Shown: positions 22,065 to 33,407, numbered from the stretch's first letter. The stretch is DNA of 64,000 bases from Bacteroidota bacterium (GCA_027487835.1 JAIYCU010000028.1:22930-86929); one strand, 5' to 3'. Notes: generated by a model from the sequence alone, not told the origin. Numbers and translations are program-made.

Positions 22065-23603
22065 TTAAAGTTTTTGAATTGTTCGTACTTCACTAATTGT
22101 TAGGGCTCTGTTGTAAAACCTAAATTCATCTAATGCACCATTAAAAGGAACTCCTGAATTTGGAAATTCAGACTTTCCTATTACAATATCATAACCTGGT
22201 GCACCATTCCACAGATTCGAATAATTGCTTGGAAAATTCCAAAGCTCAATTCCATCCAAATACATCTTTAATTGATTACCAGATTTTGAAACTGCATAAT
22301 GATGCCAAGTACCAATATTGTTATTTACTCCACTTGTATTACCACCACCGTTACTACCTATGTAGTAACCGAAATTATTATTGGTAGAACTTAAAAGGAT
22401 TGCATACGCAACATTGTATAAAGTTCCAGTATTACCACCTTTATAAATTATTGTTTGCCATGATGTACTTTTATTACCATCTGCAGTCCCTGTTCCATCA
22501 CCATTGTCTGCCAAACGTGAATCAAATCTTGCCCAAAATGTAATTGTATAATCAGTATAGCTTGATGAAATACCAGAAGATCCCGCTAATTTAATTGAAC
22601 CCGGAGAGTTTAATCCTCCAAATTTGTAAGCTGCGTTGGATGTGCCATTTCTATCATTTGTTAGCGTGGCACCATTAACTAAACCATTGTAATTTGCACT
22701 TACAGTATTATTAGCATTACCCGTGAAAGGTAAATTTATTAATAAACCATTTTGAATATTATCGTTTGCATTAGTTACAACCGGAAACGCAACATAACAT
22801 TCTCTACTAATAACTGCAGTTGGTAAAAATGAATAGGGTATCCAAAAAAATCCTTGGTCTTGGACACTGGCTCCCCATGAATTTTGTATTTTAAACGCAC
22901 TTCTATCATTGTCATATCCAACAATTGTTACTGCATGTCCACCTAAATTTTGACCAGAAAAAGAATTGTAAACAGTATTAGTTTGAAGATTTTCATAAGC
23001 ATTAATTGCAATAAAAACTGGATACCCAGCAAGCAAACAAGATTTAATTCTGTTTGTATTGTTCTTATCAACTAATTTCCAACTATGTAACTTGTTTTTT
23101 GCTGCGGCAGTAATTTGTGCAGATGTTGGTTGGGAGGAACAGTCTGGGTCTGAGTATGGCATTTCAGCCAAGGTACATACTCCTTTATTTTTAAGTATCG
23201 AAAAATTATCTAGGTATGAGGAACCACCATATTTGCAATTATTACCTTGTCTTATCTGATTGTATAAGAATGATGGACTGCATAATTGAGAATTATCATT
23301 ATAATTAGTTCCGTTATTTTTGTTCATAAAATAACTCATACCTGCATAGGCTGTAGAAAATGAACAACAAGAACCAATGCCTCCTTGGTTTCCTACCGGG
23401 GGCATATTTAAACTGAAACTATTTGGCATTGTGCCCATGTCAAAATCTGAAATATTATCAATCTGGTCTAATTCTTTATCGCTTGCTTGGACAAACCCAA
23501 AGCCCTCCAATTGCTTTTTTAATTGTTTTTCACAAGAGGTAAAACCTACAATAATTGTAGACATTAAAAGGAAAAAGAATGAAAATTTCTTTATTTTAAT
23601 CAT
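22065..23603 (-). CDS. papain-family (C1) cysteine peptidase lipoprotein with C-terminal LamG/concanavalin-like domain
   Basis: Lipobox GFTSC. Catalytic Cys context QGGIGSCCSFS, His in GGHAVTIVGYDND, Asn in IQNSWG. C-terminal LamG-like motif NGALDEFRFYNRALTISEV. Confidence 0.8.
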   Translation of the reverse strand: MIKIKKFSFFFLLMSTIIVGFTSCEKQLKKQLEGFGFVQASDKELDQIDNISDFDMGTMPNSFSLNMPPVGNQGGIGSCCSFSTAYAGMSYFMNKNNGTNYNDNSQLCSPSFLYNQIRQGNNCKYGGSSYLDNFSILKNKGVCTLAEMPYSDPDCSSQPTSAQITAAAKNKLHSWKLVDKNNTNRIKSCLLAGYPVFIAINAYENLQTNTVYNSFSGQNLGGHAVTIVGYDNDRSAFKIQNSWGASVQDQGFFWIPYSFLPTAVISRECYVAFPVVTNANDNIQNGLLINLPFTGNANNTVSANYNGLVNGATLTNDRNGTSNAAYKFGGLNSPGSIKLAGSSGISSSYTDYTITFWARFDSRLADNGDGTGTADGNKSTSWQTIIYKGGNTGTLYNVAYAILLSSTNNNFGYYIGSNGGGNTSGVNNNIGTWHHYAVSKSGNQLKMYLDGIELWNFPSNYSNLWNGAPGYDIVIGKSEFPNSGVPFNGALDEFRFYNRALTISEVRTIQKL

Positions 23604-23683
23604 GTTTATATACTTTAAATTTGATTGTTAGAGTCGTATTATTATAATTTTTGTTCAAAATATTTTTTATCCTTTTTAGTTAT

Positions 23684-24205
23684 TTAAAAAGTCCTACAAA
23701 TTGATATCCCAACTAAATCACCATAGCCCTCTATAGTGTTTTTCAAATAATGACCTCTTAAAACTAAATCTCCTAAAAATTCGAATTTTAAAGCGAAAGT
23801 ACCCTCTAAACCTTGTCCAATAGTGGCGCCATATCTATCAGTACCAATTAAAAAAACTCCAAAACCTCCGCCAACTGAAAATCCAAAGCTCATATCTTCA
23901 GTGTCTTTGCCACCAGAAGCAAATCCATAGCTATATTCTAATTGTGGTGTTGCCCTATAGTTTATAGATTTCTCCTTAGTTAAAGAATCACTATAAATAA
24001 AACCAGCTAATTGAACTCCTAAGGAAATAGAAGTTTTATCAAATTTAAGAAAATTATATCGTGGCAAAACGGCAAATCCATATTGTAAAACAGGAAGGTC
24101 TTTGCTATCTAAAACATCCATTCCTATGTCTACATAGAAAGCTTTTTGACCAAATGATACAAATAATGATAAAGTAAAAATGAATGAAAGGGCTAATTTT
24201 TTCAT
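23684..24205 (-). CDS. small outer-membrane beta-barrel protein (hypothetical)
   Basis: Signal peptide, Gly/aromatic-rich beta-strand pattern, C-terminal ICRTF. Confidence 0.5.
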   Translation of the reverse strand: MKKLALSFIFTLSLFVSFGQKAFYVDIGMDVLDSKDLPVLQYGFAVLPRYNFLKFDKTSISLGVQLAGFIYSDSLTKEKSINYRATPQLEYSYGFASGGKDTEDMSFGFSVGGGFGVFLIGTDRYGATIGQGLEGTFALKFEFLGDLVLRGHYLKNTIEGYGDLVGISICRTF

Positions 24206-24368
24206 CGTGAATTAGTGATTATAGGTAAATATTAATGCCTGCTTTTGAATTACTATTAGTTATTTTTTGATTTTTCCAACTGACAATATCATTATTTTCA
24301 TTTTCGAGATGTTTGTTTTTAGTTAAGTTTTAATTGTATAATGGAAGAAGAACAAATTAAAATATTAC

Positions 24369-25388
24369 TTATTCTTCAGATACAACCATTGTTAAGGCTT
24401 GAGAATTGGGGCACATAACTTTTTTTCCATTTTGTTGAGCTGGAATCCATTTGCCCGAACTTAGTTTTATAACCCTTATTAATTCTTCTGCTACCAGATT
24501 ATCTCCACTCACTATCTCAATACCTCCAATTGTGCCATCTGACATGACAATAAATTTTACAACAGCTTTATATACACCTTCGGGTTTCCCTAAACTTTTC
24601 AAAATATCTGAGTTAACATTTATTGAAAGAAACTTGGACCAATCTCCATCAAATATTGCCCTTGTTTCAACTGCATCAAATGTTTCTTCTGGATTATCTG
24701 ATTCTTCAGTTATAACATCCCCTCTGTTTCCGATAGGCGTCCCATTGTTGTTATTAGGATAAAAAGCAAAAGGAATTTCTAAACCTCCACGATATTCCTT
24801 TTTGTTGCTAATAATATTATAGCCTCTTTCCATCCAAGCTTCTACAACCGTATTAGAAGCATTTACATCAATTAGATTATCTATAAAATCAATTTTATGA
24901 CTTGGGCTTGGCAAAGGCTCACCTTGTTTTGTGAAAATATATTTAATACATTTTTCTTCATGCAATGGCTTTATGACCCTAGATTGTTTGAGTCCCTTAT
25001 CTTGTAAGGGTTCATCCAAATCCAAACTAATAGCTGTGCCGTCTTTATACTCTTGATAACCTGTTCTTACTCCTCCATAATATTCCCCTAACCATCCAAA
25101 ATTAATACCTGAAGATTTTGGTAATGATGAACCAATTTTTGGTTGTTCTAAAGCATTATGGAAAGTTACATTGCAAAGTACTGGTGCATAAATATAAGTG
25201 CCTTTTGTATTTTTAAAGTAAATGGTTACTTCGTATTGGTCATAGTTTACATTGTCTATTGTCACAGAATTATACCTTGTTGCAGCGTATCCAAGTAATA
25301 TTCCATTTTCATTTATGAGGATTTCACTTTGCCCATTTACAAAAGCAAACTGAAATACCAAAATTGTGATTAAAAAGAGATTTTTCAT
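24369..25388 (-). CDS. hypothetical secreted protein with TonB-C-terminal-like domain
   Basis: Signal peptide. C-terminal VKFIVMSDGTIGGIEIVSGDNLVAEELIRVIK...GKKV resembles a TonB_C fold. Confidence 0.45.
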   Translation of the reverse strand: MKNLFLITILVFQFAFVNGQSEILINENGILLGYAATRYNSVTIDNVNYDQYEVTIYFKNTKGTYIYAPVLCNVTFHNALEQPKIGSSLPKSSGINFGWLGEYYGGVRTGYQEYKDGTAISLDLDEPLQDKGLKQSRVIKPLHEEKCIKYIFTKQGEPLPSPSHKIDFIDNLIDVNASNTVVEAWMERGYNIISNKKEYRGGLEIPFAFYPNNNNGTPIGNRGDVITEESDNPEETFDAVETRAIFDGDWSKFLSINVNSDILKSLGKPEGVYKAVVKFIVMSDGTIGGIEIVSGDNLVAEELIRVIKLSSGKWIPAQQNGKKVMCPNSQALTMVVSEE

Positions 25389-25513
25389 TTTGTTAATTTT
25401 TCGAATCGCCTCTTTTTTAAAGCGATGCTTATTTCATCCATTTTTTAAAAATTGTTTTAAAAAACAAGATTAAATCAACTATCAATAAAAAAAAATACCT
25501 ACTTCTAGGTATT

Positions 25514-26293
25514 TTATAGGCAATTTTCATTTATAACTTTTGCTACCAAATCAATGGGGTTTTTGCAATTTGCTTTTATTAAAATGTTTTTTCGATGCGT
25601 ATTAACTGTATGAAGGCTTATGCTAAGTTCTTTGGCTATATATTTACTGTTTTTACCCTCTACTATGTATTTCAATATTTCTTTTTCTCTTTTTGTAAAA
25701 ATATCAACCGACTTAGTTAAATTTTGTGTAGTTTCAATATTGTAATATGAGGGTTCGTTGTCAAATCCTATAATAGAAAAACTAGGTTTTCCTTCTTTTT
25801 TTATATGTGTAATATCGGTATGTAGTACAAGATTTACATAATAATTACTTTCATCAAATTCTATAGGTAATATTTGATGAAGCAAACGGATATAACCATT
25901 ATTTTTGGTTTTAATTCTATAATCATGCTGGGATTTATAACAACCTCTTTTTGCTAAAGCCAAACTGTTAAAAAACTCTACTGTGTAGGTTTCATAGCTT
26001 AGAAAATAGGGTTTGTCCTCAGGATGTATCTGATCTAAAAAAAACAATGCATTTATTTCGCTAGGCTCATAACCCAATACATTTAAAACATTTGGACTTA
26101 CATGTTCGATTTCCATTTGTCGAAAATTAAAAAACATATTGTAATGTTTGCCTATATGAGAAAAATCCAATATTTTTTTATTGAGTTCAAATGATAATTC
26201 TATATTTTTTGTATTGGAAATATTTTCTGATGTAATAACGTTTTCCCAAACTTTTGAGGCAGACTGATATAATGACGTTTTTGATTTATCCAT
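25514..26293 (-). CDS. LuxR/GerE-family transcriptional regulator with N-terminal PAS-like domain
   Basis: C-terminal LuxR HTH (EKEILKYIVEGKNSKYIAKELSISLHTVNTHRKNI). Confidence 0.75.
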   Translation of the reverse strand: MDKSKTSLYQSASKVWENVITSENISNTKNIELSFELNKKILDFSHIGKHYNMFFNFRQMEIEHVSPNVLNVLGYEPSEINALFFLDQIHPEDKPYFLSYETYTVEFFNSLALAKRGCYKSQHDYRIKTKNNGYIRLLHQILPIEFDESNYYVNLVLHTDITHIKKEGKPSFSIIGFDNEPSYYNIETTQNLTKSVDIFTKREKEILKYIVEGKNSKYIAKELSISLHTVNTHRKNILIKANCKNPIDLVAKVINENCL

Positions 26294-26387
26294 AACGATT
26301 TGTATGATAACAAGGGGTAGAAAAAGATTTGTGTTTTGGACAAAAGATATTTCGAGTAGTCGTCGTTTAAAATTATCACCACCGATT

Positions 26388-26465
26388 TAACTCCCGCAAC
26401 TTAATCTCAATAATTAAACATTTTTGAAAGCGATTTCAGGTTCAGCTAAATTAAAACTTTAAGGC
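26388..26465 (-). promoter_or_regulatory. conserved intergenic element, copy B (short variant)
   Basis: Shares gcaacttaatctcaataattaaac and the ...tcaggtt...aaattaaaacttt blocks with copy C. Lacks the acccaatcc core. Confidence 0.45.
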
Positions 26466-26556
26466 TTTGAATCAAGTCATCTCGAAACGCTAACTATTGT
26501 GCGGAGGATGTTTATTACCCTTATATTATTGCACAATTTAATTACACTATTGTATC

Positions 26557-28239
26557 TCAATTATAATTTCCAGTACCAGTAGCTACAAGATTTGTTGAAC
26601 CTGTGGAAATATTTTTCATTGTTATTGTGAAGGAAAATGATTTTGCTCCAGTTTTTGTAATTGTACCTGAGGTAGATTGAGATACTCCACCAAAAAGCGT
26701 TGCGGCCCAAAGATTACAATTATCGCCATTACCATTTACATTAAAAGTTCCTGACGAAGCATTAGGCATATTGTAAATGATAAAATTTTGGGCACCTATG
26801 ATAAGTACATCTATTCCGGTACAACCTAATCCTGTTGCTGCAATTGATGAACAACTACCATTAATTGTTTGCCCGTTATATGTAAACTGGCCTGTTCCTT
26901 CAGTGCCTCCACCGCCACTTCCATGTGGGTTAGAGATAGATCCGTCACAAATTTTGTTTAAATTTCCTAAACTCGTTACCCCTGAAGGAAAGGAAGCATA
27001 TTCCTTTATGATTTTGTCACTAATAGGTTCGTTTTTATTTTCTTCTTTTAATGGAATTCTTAACGAGTGTATTTTTATACCTCCATCATAGGCTGTTGGG
27101 AAAGTAATTTTTTCACTTTCAAATCCTTTATTTTCAAAAATAGATATATATGCGCCGTAATCATTACTTCCAAAATTAGCAGTAATAAAAGGATAATTCC
27201 CAACAGCACAACCAGCTGCATAATTGTTTGCACCTAAACCAAGGTTAATACCAATCGAAGATCTAAGATAAATAGAGAATCCAGGAATAGATTTAACATA
27301 ATTATCTAGCCTTGCAAAATCTAATTCAACTTGTACTACGTAACCATAATCAGGAACATAGCTATTTGGCACATAGTTAGGCATACAAACATTTTTAGAA
27401 TAAGTTATCGTTGCTGTAGGCTCCATTTTACCTAACGCACAAAAACTAGTTTGGGACGGTAATACCATTGTAACATCTAAACCAGAAACAGTTGGATTTG
27501 CCGACTCTTCCCAAATTTTTGCAGCCTCATCATAAGCAAAAACTTTTCCACCATTTTGAGCTGCATTTGCATACTTTCCAGGGACTTGAACCTTTAAACT
27601 AACACTACCTGTATTAGGAAATACTCTAACTCCGTTTACACTATAATTAATTGCTACCCATCCATAAATAAATAACCAATTATCATTACCACCGCTTAAT
27701 CCAGTGAAATCTTGTCCAGGAAATGCTTTTCTATAAAATTCAAAATCATCTGGTTTGATATATCGAATACTAATATTTACATTTCCAGTAACGGGTGTTC
27801 CATTTTCGTATTTAAATCCTCCACTACTATTAAATGTCCAACCAGTGTCAGTAACTGTCCCGCCTGTGCTAGGAATTGTGCTAGTTTCTACCGCCTTTAA
27901 CAACATAACTTTATAGGAGGTGTCGGGATTTGTAAAATTAAATAAATTAAGGCTACCGGTAAAATAGCCATCTTTTTTAACTTCAAATCTATACTTTCCA
28001 TAAGTTTCTTTGGGAGTATTAAATGTTGCAGATCCGGTTGAATTGCTGTTTGCCGTGTTTGTCCCATCACTAATTTTAGCATTGATAATAGGTTGATTGT
28101 TTTCATCAACAACCATGATTTTATAATTCTTTTCTTTGTACTGAGGGGAGATAGTTGTAGTGCTGTTAATGTTATCTTTTTTACAAGAGTATGCGCTAAT
28201 TATAAAAAGTGCAAAAATTAATTGGGGTAGATTTTTCAT
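26557..28239 (-). CDS. hypothetical surface lipoprotein (560 aa, beta-rich)
   Basis: Lipobox IISAYSCKKD. Gly/Asn/Thr-rich beta-sandwich-like composition. Confidence 0.55.
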   Translation of the reverse strand: MKNLPQLIFALFIISAYSCKKDNINSTTTISPQYKEKNYKIMVVDENNQPIINAKISDGTNTANSNSTGSATFNTPKETYGKYRFEVKKDGYFTGSLNLFNFTNPDTSYKVMLLKAVETSTIPSTGGTVTDTGWTFNSSGGFKYENGTPVTGNVNISIRYIKPDDFEFYRKAFPGQDFTGLSGGNDNWLFIYGWVAINYSVNGVRVFPNTGSVSLKVQVPGKYANAAQNGGKVFAYDEAAKIWEESANPTVSGLDVTMVLPSQTSFCALGKMEPTATITYSKNVCMPNYVPNSYVPDYGYVVQVELDFARLDNYVKSIPGFSIYLRSSIGINLGLGANNYAAGCAVGNYPFITANFGSNDYGAYISIFENKGFESEKITFPTAYDGGIKIHSLRIPLKEENKNEPISDKIIKEYASFPSGVTSLGNLNKICDGSISNPHGSGGGGTEGTGQFTYNGQTINGSCSSIAATGLGCTGIDVLIIGAQNFIIYNMPNASSGTFNVNGNGDNCNLWAATLFGGVSQSTSGTITKTGAKSFSFTITMKNISTGSTNLVATGTGNYN

Positions 28240-28367
28240 TTTTTTATTTTATGGCTATTTATTTTTTCAATTTTAATTTTTAAAATTTCTTTTTTTGAGT
28301 TTCAATAATAAGAATTAACTATCAATTTAATGGTGGCACTTTTGAGAAATTGACACAACTATTTAAC

Positions 28368-28490
28368 ACCTGCAACTTCATTTCGATAATTAAACCAACA
28401 TACCCAATGCTTTCCAACCAAAAAATACCTTGAAGAAATATGACATTATTAAAAGCCATTGCAAGTTCTGTTACATTAAAACTTACTTAA
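28368..28490 (-). promoter_or_regulatory. conserved promoter-bearing intergenic element, copy C
   Basis: cctgcaacttcatttcgataattaaac...acatacccaatgc...caaaaaatacc...gccattgcaagttctgtt. Upstream of the 26557..28239(-) start. Confidence 0.6.
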
Positions 28491-29184
28491 GGTTAATTCT
28501 GTATCCAACATTTAAAGAAATTAAACCATCATTTATAAACGGATAGCCTTCTAGAAGCGCAAATGCAGTTCCACTATTGCCAGGGCCATTATTTGGATAT
28601 GGATTACCAGTAGATAAGCCGGGATACCCCTCAGGGAAAATAAACCGCTGGTAATAACTTCCCATTAATATTCCACCTAACATCGCTTCAGCAAATAAAT
28701 TACCTCTCCCAATTTTTAATCTGCTTCCAATTGCTAAGGTGCAACCCAACCCTTGGGATAGGTATTTTTCATTGAAAGAAGGATAATTGGTGAAGCTGAT
28801 AACAGAGGATTGTTTATCTAGATGATAGCCAATTCCAATTTCTACATAAACCCCAGCCTTAGACTTTTTTATAGTACCCAATAAATATCTTGTCAAAACA
28901 CCTTCAAAAATTAAATACAAGTCAGGCTTTTTAGTAATATAATAATTGGACGCTGAATAATCGTAATATTGATTATTATAAAGTAGGGTTTTAAGTCCAA
29001 TCGCTGATTTCTCATTTTTTGCAAATTCATATTTTAAACTTCCTCCATAATTATTATTACCATCCTTTAAGGTGATTGCTGCGCTAAGAAATTGTTGCTT
29101 TATTTTCGAAGCGTCGCTATTTTGTGCATTTACACCGAAAGTGAAATGGATTATTGCGATAAACAAGGGTATTATTTTTTTCAT
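28483..29184 (-). CDS. hypothetical secreted/outer-membrane protein
   Basis: Signal peptide MKKIIPLFIAIIHFTFGVNAQ. 4-nt overlap with the upstream desaturase gene suggests an operon. Confidence 0.55.
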   Translation of the reverse strand: MKKIIPLFIAIIHFTFGVNAQNSDASKIKQQFLSAAITLKDGNNNYGGSLKYEFAKNEKSAIGLKTLLYNNQYYDYSASNYYITKKPDLYLIFEGVLTRYLLGTIKKSKAGVYVEIGIGYHLDKQSSVISFTNYPSFNEKYLSQGLGCTLAIGSRLKIGRGNLFAEAMLGGILMGSYYQRFIFPEGYPGLSTGNPYPNNGPGNSGTAFALLEGYPFINDGLISLNVGYRINLK

Positions 29185-30275
29185 CTTTGACTTGCGGCCC
29201 CGCCAAGCTCCTTTAGCCTGAGCAAATGTGATTTCACTGCTGATGCCAAGCTTGGTTGCTGTATGTAGGGAAACCCATACTTTTTAGAAGTGGCCTCCAC
29301 AATTTTTGAGATTTTGGGATAATGGATATGGCAAATATTTGGAAACAAATGGTGTTCAACCTGAAAATTTAAACCCCCAACATAACAATTCAACCACTTA
29401 TTCTTGGGTGCAAAATTGGCGGTGGTCATTAATTGGTGAACAGCCCATTCATTTTCTGCATTTTTATCATCATTAATAGTGGGTTGAGCAACACCTTCAA
29501 CAATATGAGCCAGTTGAAATACAAGCGCAAGAATAAAGCCTGCAACCAAGTGCATACATACAAATGCAATAAGAACCTGGTACCAGAGTAAATCTGTATA
29601 CATTATTGGCAAGGCAATTACAATAAATAGGTAAACCAATTTAACAATTATCATTAAGGAAAACTCCCAAATAGGTTTACCCAAATGTTGTTTCATTATG
29701 CCTGAACGATAATATCCTATCAATTGGGGTAAATCTCCAAAAAGCAAGGTGAAAGTCATTAAGGTATATAAAGGAAAGGTATATAAATGTTGGTATTTAT
29801 GAATAGGCTTTAAAGGCGTGTGTTCGGAAAATCGCATAATCCACCTTGTTTGTATGTCTTCATCTAATCCGTCTAAATTGGTATAGGCATGGTGAAAAAT
29901 ATTGTGCTGAATTTTCCAGTTAAACACATTGTTGCCAATTATATACATACTCCAACCCATTATTTTATTTACCCATTTGTGCTTGGAATAGGCGTTATGT
30001 AAAGCATCATGTGATACATTCATACCAATGCCGGCAGAACCTAAGCCAGTTAAAATAAACATTAAAAATGCCCACCAAAAAGAAAGGTTGAAATATAAAA
30101 CTGCTATAAATGGCAAAACAAACAAAGCAAAAACCAATACAGTTTTTAATGCCATCTTGTAATTCCCTTTGGGTGATACCCCATTGTCCTTAAAATAGGC
30201 GTTGACATTTTTTCTTAACTCTTTTGCAAAAAGTTTCTGACTTTCCATATCACTTTGAAATTTAACCAGCTTCAT
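29181..30275 (-). CDS. membrane fatty-acid desaturase (three His-box family)
   Basis: Histidine boxes HDALHN, HNIFHHAYTN and QVEHHLFP, plus multiple TM helices. Confidence 0.85.
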   Translation of the reverse strand: MKLVKFQSDMESQKLFAKELRKNVNAYFKDNGVSPKGNYKMALKTVLVFALFVLPFIAVLYFNLSFWWAFLMFILTGLGSAGIGMNVSHDALHNAYSKHKWVNKIMGWSMYIIGNNVFNWKIQHNIFHHAYTNLDGLDEDIQTRWIMRFSEHTPLKPIHKYQHLYTFPLYTLMTFTLLFGDLPQLIGYYRSGIMKQHLGKPIWEFSLMIIVKLVYLFIVIALPIMYTDLLWYQVLIAFVCMHLVAGFILALVFQLAHIVEGVAQPTINDDKNAENEWAVHQLMTTANFAPKNKWLNCYVGGLNFQVEHHLFPNICHIHYPKISKIVEATSKKYGFPYIQQPSLASAVKSHLLRLKELGGAASQR

Positions 30276-30303
30276 AATTTAATCCAATGAAAAAGTTTCT
30301 TTG

Positions 30304-30606
30304 CTATTCTATTTTTTCAACCTCAATCCAGCCTTCATTTTCATGCAGCATAAAACAGACAATTGCGTCTTTTGCTGAACCCCTACATTCCTTTATCTTC
30401 TTAAAAGTTACGGATACAGTAGCGCCCTCAGAAAAGGAGGATACTTTTTCGAGATTACAAACTTGATAGTCTTTGCCATCTAAACGCAAATAGGTCCCGG
30501 TGCAGTCACGCTCAACGGTTACGGTTAGATTTCTTTCCTTTTTGCAACTAGGAAAATATGCTATCAAAACAAGAAGGATTAAAAATAGTAAGTTTCTTTT
30601 ATTCAT
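30304..30606 (-). CDS. small hypothetical lipoprotein
   Basis: Internal start MNKRNLLFLILLVLIAYFPSCKKE gives a lipobox. Confidence 0.5.
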   Translation of the reverse strand: MNKRNLLFLILLVLIAYFPSCKKERNLTVTVERDCTGTYLRLDGKDYQVCNLEKVSSFSEGATVSVTFKKIKECRGSAKDAIVCFMLHENEGWIEVEKIE

Positions 30607-30849
30607 TTTGGCTATGTCTTTTGTGATTTGCAAATTAGTCTAAAGCTAAAACGGTTCAAAGTTATTTTTAGTTGTATGCTTGTTTAAAAGCAAAAAAGCC
30701 ATGCAAAAGGAGTTGAACTCCCCTCACACGGCCTTTAAGCATCTATTTATGAATGGAAAACTAGTCTTCTAGAGCCATAGGCAGTGTCCTCCCCTATTTT
30801 TCAAGTACAAGGATAAAAATCTTATTTATTTTGAGAGGTAGAATTAATT

Positions 30850-31800
30850 CTATTGTGGGGTCGTTAAAAATTCATGTATATCCTTTGTCCATTCGTTTTT
30901 ATATTTTTTCAAGTAGTTTTCGTGTCCAGCCTCCTGATAAATTTTCAATTTCTTCTGTCCTCCTAAATTTTTAAATATCTGGTTAATTTCTTCTCTGCTT
31001 ACTTTCTCATCTTTTGCTCCAGATAGTAAAAGTGTAGGGCAATTTATTTTCTTAGCGTAAACTGTTGGATTGTGTCCAAATGCCCAAAATCCATTTTGTA
31101 GTCCACCCCAAAAAACCAAAAGTCCTGCCATTGGAAATGTTGGTGCGTTCATTGTTTTAAACCTTGCACAAACTATCTTATACATAGAGCCAAATGGACA
31201 TTCAATGATTATTCCTTTGGGTTCAATGTGATAATCACTGATAGCTTTCATTGTGGCAACAGAACCCATAGAAGTTCCAAATAGGTAAATGTTTTGTTCT
31301 CCTTTATCAGTCAAGTAGTCATAACACGTTTTAACTTGTTCGGCTTCTAAAAATCCGATTGTAGTTTGGTTGCCTTCTGAACCGCCTGAGCCCATAAAGT
31401 CAACAAGAAAAGTGTTGTAACCAAGTCCAAGAATAATATCTGACTTGTCTAGCATTGAAGATTTGTTGCCTCCAAAACCATGAAAAAGAATTACTGTCCC
31501 TTTTGCGTTTTCTTTCTTAATACTCCAGCATTCAATCTCTTTATTACTTTTTAGTTTGATTGTTTCAAAGTCGCTTGAAGGAACAGTTGAGTTTTCAGAT
31601 CTTGGATTACTTACACCAAAAATTATAGTTTTTATTTTTTGTCCTGTTGATAGTTTTTTAGGGTCCTTTGTTTTTTCAACTTTACTATCATCAAAGTGAG
31701 TAAACTTGAACGAATGAAAAATTGCAACAAGGTTCATCAAAACGAAAATTGTCGTAAAAGTCCAAAGACTTCGTTTAATCCATTTTCTCTTATGCTTCAA
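30850..31800 (-). CDS. alpha/beta-hydrolase fold protein (S9/dienelactone-hydrolase-like)
   Basis: N-terminal TM anchor. HGFGGN oxyanion region. Nucleophile elbow GTSMGS. Confidence 0.75.
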   Translation of the reverse strand: MKHKRKWIKRSLWTFTTIFVLMNLVAIFHSFKFTHFDDSKVEKTKDPKKLSTGQKIKTIIFGVSNPRSENSTVPSSDFETIKLKSNKEIECWSIKKENAKGTVILFHGFGGNKSSMLDKSDIILGLGYNTFLVDFMGSGGSEGNQTTIGFLEAEQVKTCYDYLTDKGEQNIYLFGTSMGSVATMKAISDYHIEPKGIIIECPFGSMYKIVCARFKTMNAPTFPMAGLLVFWGGLQNGFWAFGHNPTVYAKKINCPTLLLSGAKDEKVSREEINQIFKNLGGQKKLKIYQEAGHENYLKKYKNEWTKDIHEFLTTPQ

Positions 31801-31844
31801 GTTTTATTTTTTAGGTGTCTGCCTTTTAGGTTTGCCACTAGCGT

Positions 31845-31930
31845 TTTAATCCCAGCAACTTCCTCTTTTATCTACAAACAAACATACCCAATCCTTTTCA
31901 TTCAAAAAATACCTGTAAGTGGATATGGTT
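31845..31930 (-). promoter_or_regulatory. conserved promoter-bearing intergenic element, copy D
   Basis: cccagcaacttcctctttt...caaacatacccaatccttttcattcaaaaaatacc, 50-130 nt upstream of the hydrolase start. Confidence 0.6.
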
Positions 31931-32394
31931 TCCTTTTCAAAATTTTGCTTTATTGATAGACTTACCTCTTTTGCTCTGATTACTTTTTTGCATGGCCAAA
32001 AAAGTAACCAAAAAAGCATCCCAGCCGCACCCTACCGTTCCGGTTTGTATGATTTGTTTTCATTCAAATATTATAATACCTAATTGTGGGTATAAGAAAA
32101 ATGCCGAGAAGAATAGCGTTTGAAACAAGTAAACCTAGATTTCAATTTAATACGCGCGTTCCATCTCTTGTATCACCCCATAAAAAAATGGCGCAATTAG
32201 CTTTTCATTTTGCCGACTTAGGCAGGTGCCTTTGGCTTTGGTAAAAACCTAAGCGAATAAGCACGCCAAAATTGCGTTTAGGTTAAGGCAACCTTTTTTG
32301 AAAGTTCAGCAATTGGTTTGCATTTAGTTTATTCTAAATCAAAAGGAACTTATTTTTCACAAAGTCATTTGGTACATTTTTTACTTTCAACATT

Positions 32395-33150
32395 TTAAAA
32401 AGGCAAGTTTACAGATTGACACCAAAAACGAATCTGATTAATTACATTTTCATTTATTAAAACGGCAGCATTACATTCACCATTACTTCTTGAATGGATT
32501 CCGATAGCCTGAAAACCGTCTTCTGTTTTTATCCAAATGGGCGAACCACTGTTTCGTTCTTCCGTAAACATATCATAATTAATGTATGACCCTTTGTTTT
32601 CAACACTGTTCGTACTATCAGTCCAAATTTCAAAAAAGTCTTTATCCCCTGGCGAACCTGTAATATTCACAGGGGTAGGTATGTTTTGCATTAATCCAAT
32701 CGCATTTAAAGAATAACAGCCACCAATTTTTTTATACAAAGTGGAATCTGGAAGAATAACTATTGAATAGTCTCTATTTATTTTCCAATTTATCCAATAA
32801 CCTGATTTGTAAAATTTGTTTATTCCTTTAACTAAACTAATCGTATCTGATGCCAAATAGGTTGCTGAATCAATTGAACCAAAATAAAGTTTTACGGTAT
32901 TAACAGAACCTGTGGGGTACCAAGCAAAATTATGACCAGCAGTAAGCAAAACTCTTGGATGTATTAAAAATCCGGTTCCCCAACGTGATGTTTTTCCTCT
33001 TGTCATTTCCATATAACAAGTGTATGAATTGGGCAAATTCGGTCCTGTGATTCTTTGTCTCTTAGATGAATCTAAAACGCAACTAACCTGTGATCTTACA
33101 CTGTGTAAAAATGCAAAAAACATGATTAAGTATAAAACTAGCGTTTTCAT
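32395..33150 (-). CDS. trypsin-like (S1-family) serine peptidase, secreted, with atypical motifs
   Basis: Signal peptide. LLTAGHNF in place of TAGHC. NSGSPIW in place of GDSGGP. Confidence 0.55.
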   Translation of the reverse strand: MKTLVLYLIMFFAFLHSVRSQVSCVLDSSKRQRITGPNLPNSYTCYMEMTRGKTSRWGTGFLIHPRVLLTAGHNFAWYPTGSVNTVKLYFGSIDSATYLASDTISLVKGINKFYKSGYWINWKINRDYSIVILPDSTLYKKIGGCYSLNAIGLMQNIPTPVNITGSPGDKDFFEIWTDSTNSVENKGSYINYDMFTEERNSGSPIWIKTEDGFQAIGIHSRSNGECNAAVLINENVINQIRFWCQSVNLPF

Positions 33151-33407
33151 AAATAAGAATTTAGTATTTCTTGATTGTTTCTAAGGGTTTTAATGTAGTC
33201 AAAGTTAAAGATTTTCTCATATTGTTAATAGAAATTCTATTTCCAAAATCAATGAGGAAATATATAACATGTTCAATAATCTAAGTGGTTTTACAAAGTT
33301 CTTTCAATTGCTTAAGGTGAATAACCATTGTTAAATCAACCTCAATTTATTATTTCTCATTAGTTTTAAATTATAGAAATTATTAACTAATGTAATTTGG
33401 TTTAAAG